The translations under genes and the position numbers were made by a program. The notes under the pieces were generated by a model. That model was not told where the DNA came from, ran no database searches, and worked only from the letters and a program-made list of their open reading frames with translations. A stretch of DNA of 7,424 nucleotides from Vitrella brassicaformis CCMP3155 (lineage: Eukaryota; Protista; Chromerida), in contig CDMY01000980.1 in assembly GCA_001179505.1 (NCBI GenBank), positions 1 through 7,424 of the forward strand. Reading direction: 5' to 3'. This document shows positions 7,266 to 7,424 of this stretch, piece after piece (the first letter of the stretch is position 1; every line of letters begins with the position of its first letter).

Positions 7266-7424
7266 CCCCTATATGAAGCAGGGTTTTTCCGCACGGAATT
7301 CCGATGAGTGTGGGCAGCGTATGCGAAAGCTGTTTTGGTTAAGCAAAACTATGTGCGAAAAAGGCCGGTGAGGACCTTTCCTGTAGTTAGCTGAATAGAG
7401 GATCTGCTGGGCGGTAAGTCCCAG

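Noticed and set aside
120-7307. Most of the long six-frame ORFs as standalone genes
   Set aside because: They are intron read-through or antisense shadows (CVCVCV, HTHTHT and RERERE come from dinucleotide repeats), and many begin at TTG/GTG/CTG. The spliced models explain the real coding segments.
7302-7395. C/D-box snoRNA (CGATGA ... CTGA)
   Set aside because: Box C is imperfect, there is no terminal stem and I see no rRNA-complementary guide.
1-7424. CRISPR array, tRNA/rRNA, transposase or terminal inverted repeats
   Set aside because: No regularly spaced repeat-spacer units, cloverleaf, rRNA motifs, DDE/RT motifs or TIR plus target-site duplication were seen.

Overview
Eukaryotic, intron-dense genomic DNA with short (56-111 nt) microsatellite-filled introns. 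The style resembles a chromerid alveolate such as Vitrella (inference only). The unspliced ORF track is mostly misleading here, so I rebuilt the gene models by hand from splice sites and frame continuity. (1) A 22-exon ABCG-family half transporter on the - strand (869-4655, ~697 aa), NBD-TMD order, all catalytic motifs intact, recalling the plant ABCG7/WBC7 subfamily. (2) A 7-exon STIMATE/TMEM110-family membrane protein on the + strand (4974-6380, ~287 aa), head-to-head with the ABCG gene across ~320 bp. (3) A probable 4-exon Cys-rich hypothetical protein on the - strand (6572-7265), convergent with STIMATE. No tRNA, rRNA, CRISPR array or transposase is supported. The most unusual signal is the splicing architecture: (TG)n tracts sit where a polypyrimidine tract is expected, many introns carry 5'-(CA)n/3'-(TG)n complementary arms, and 4 of 27 donors are GC.
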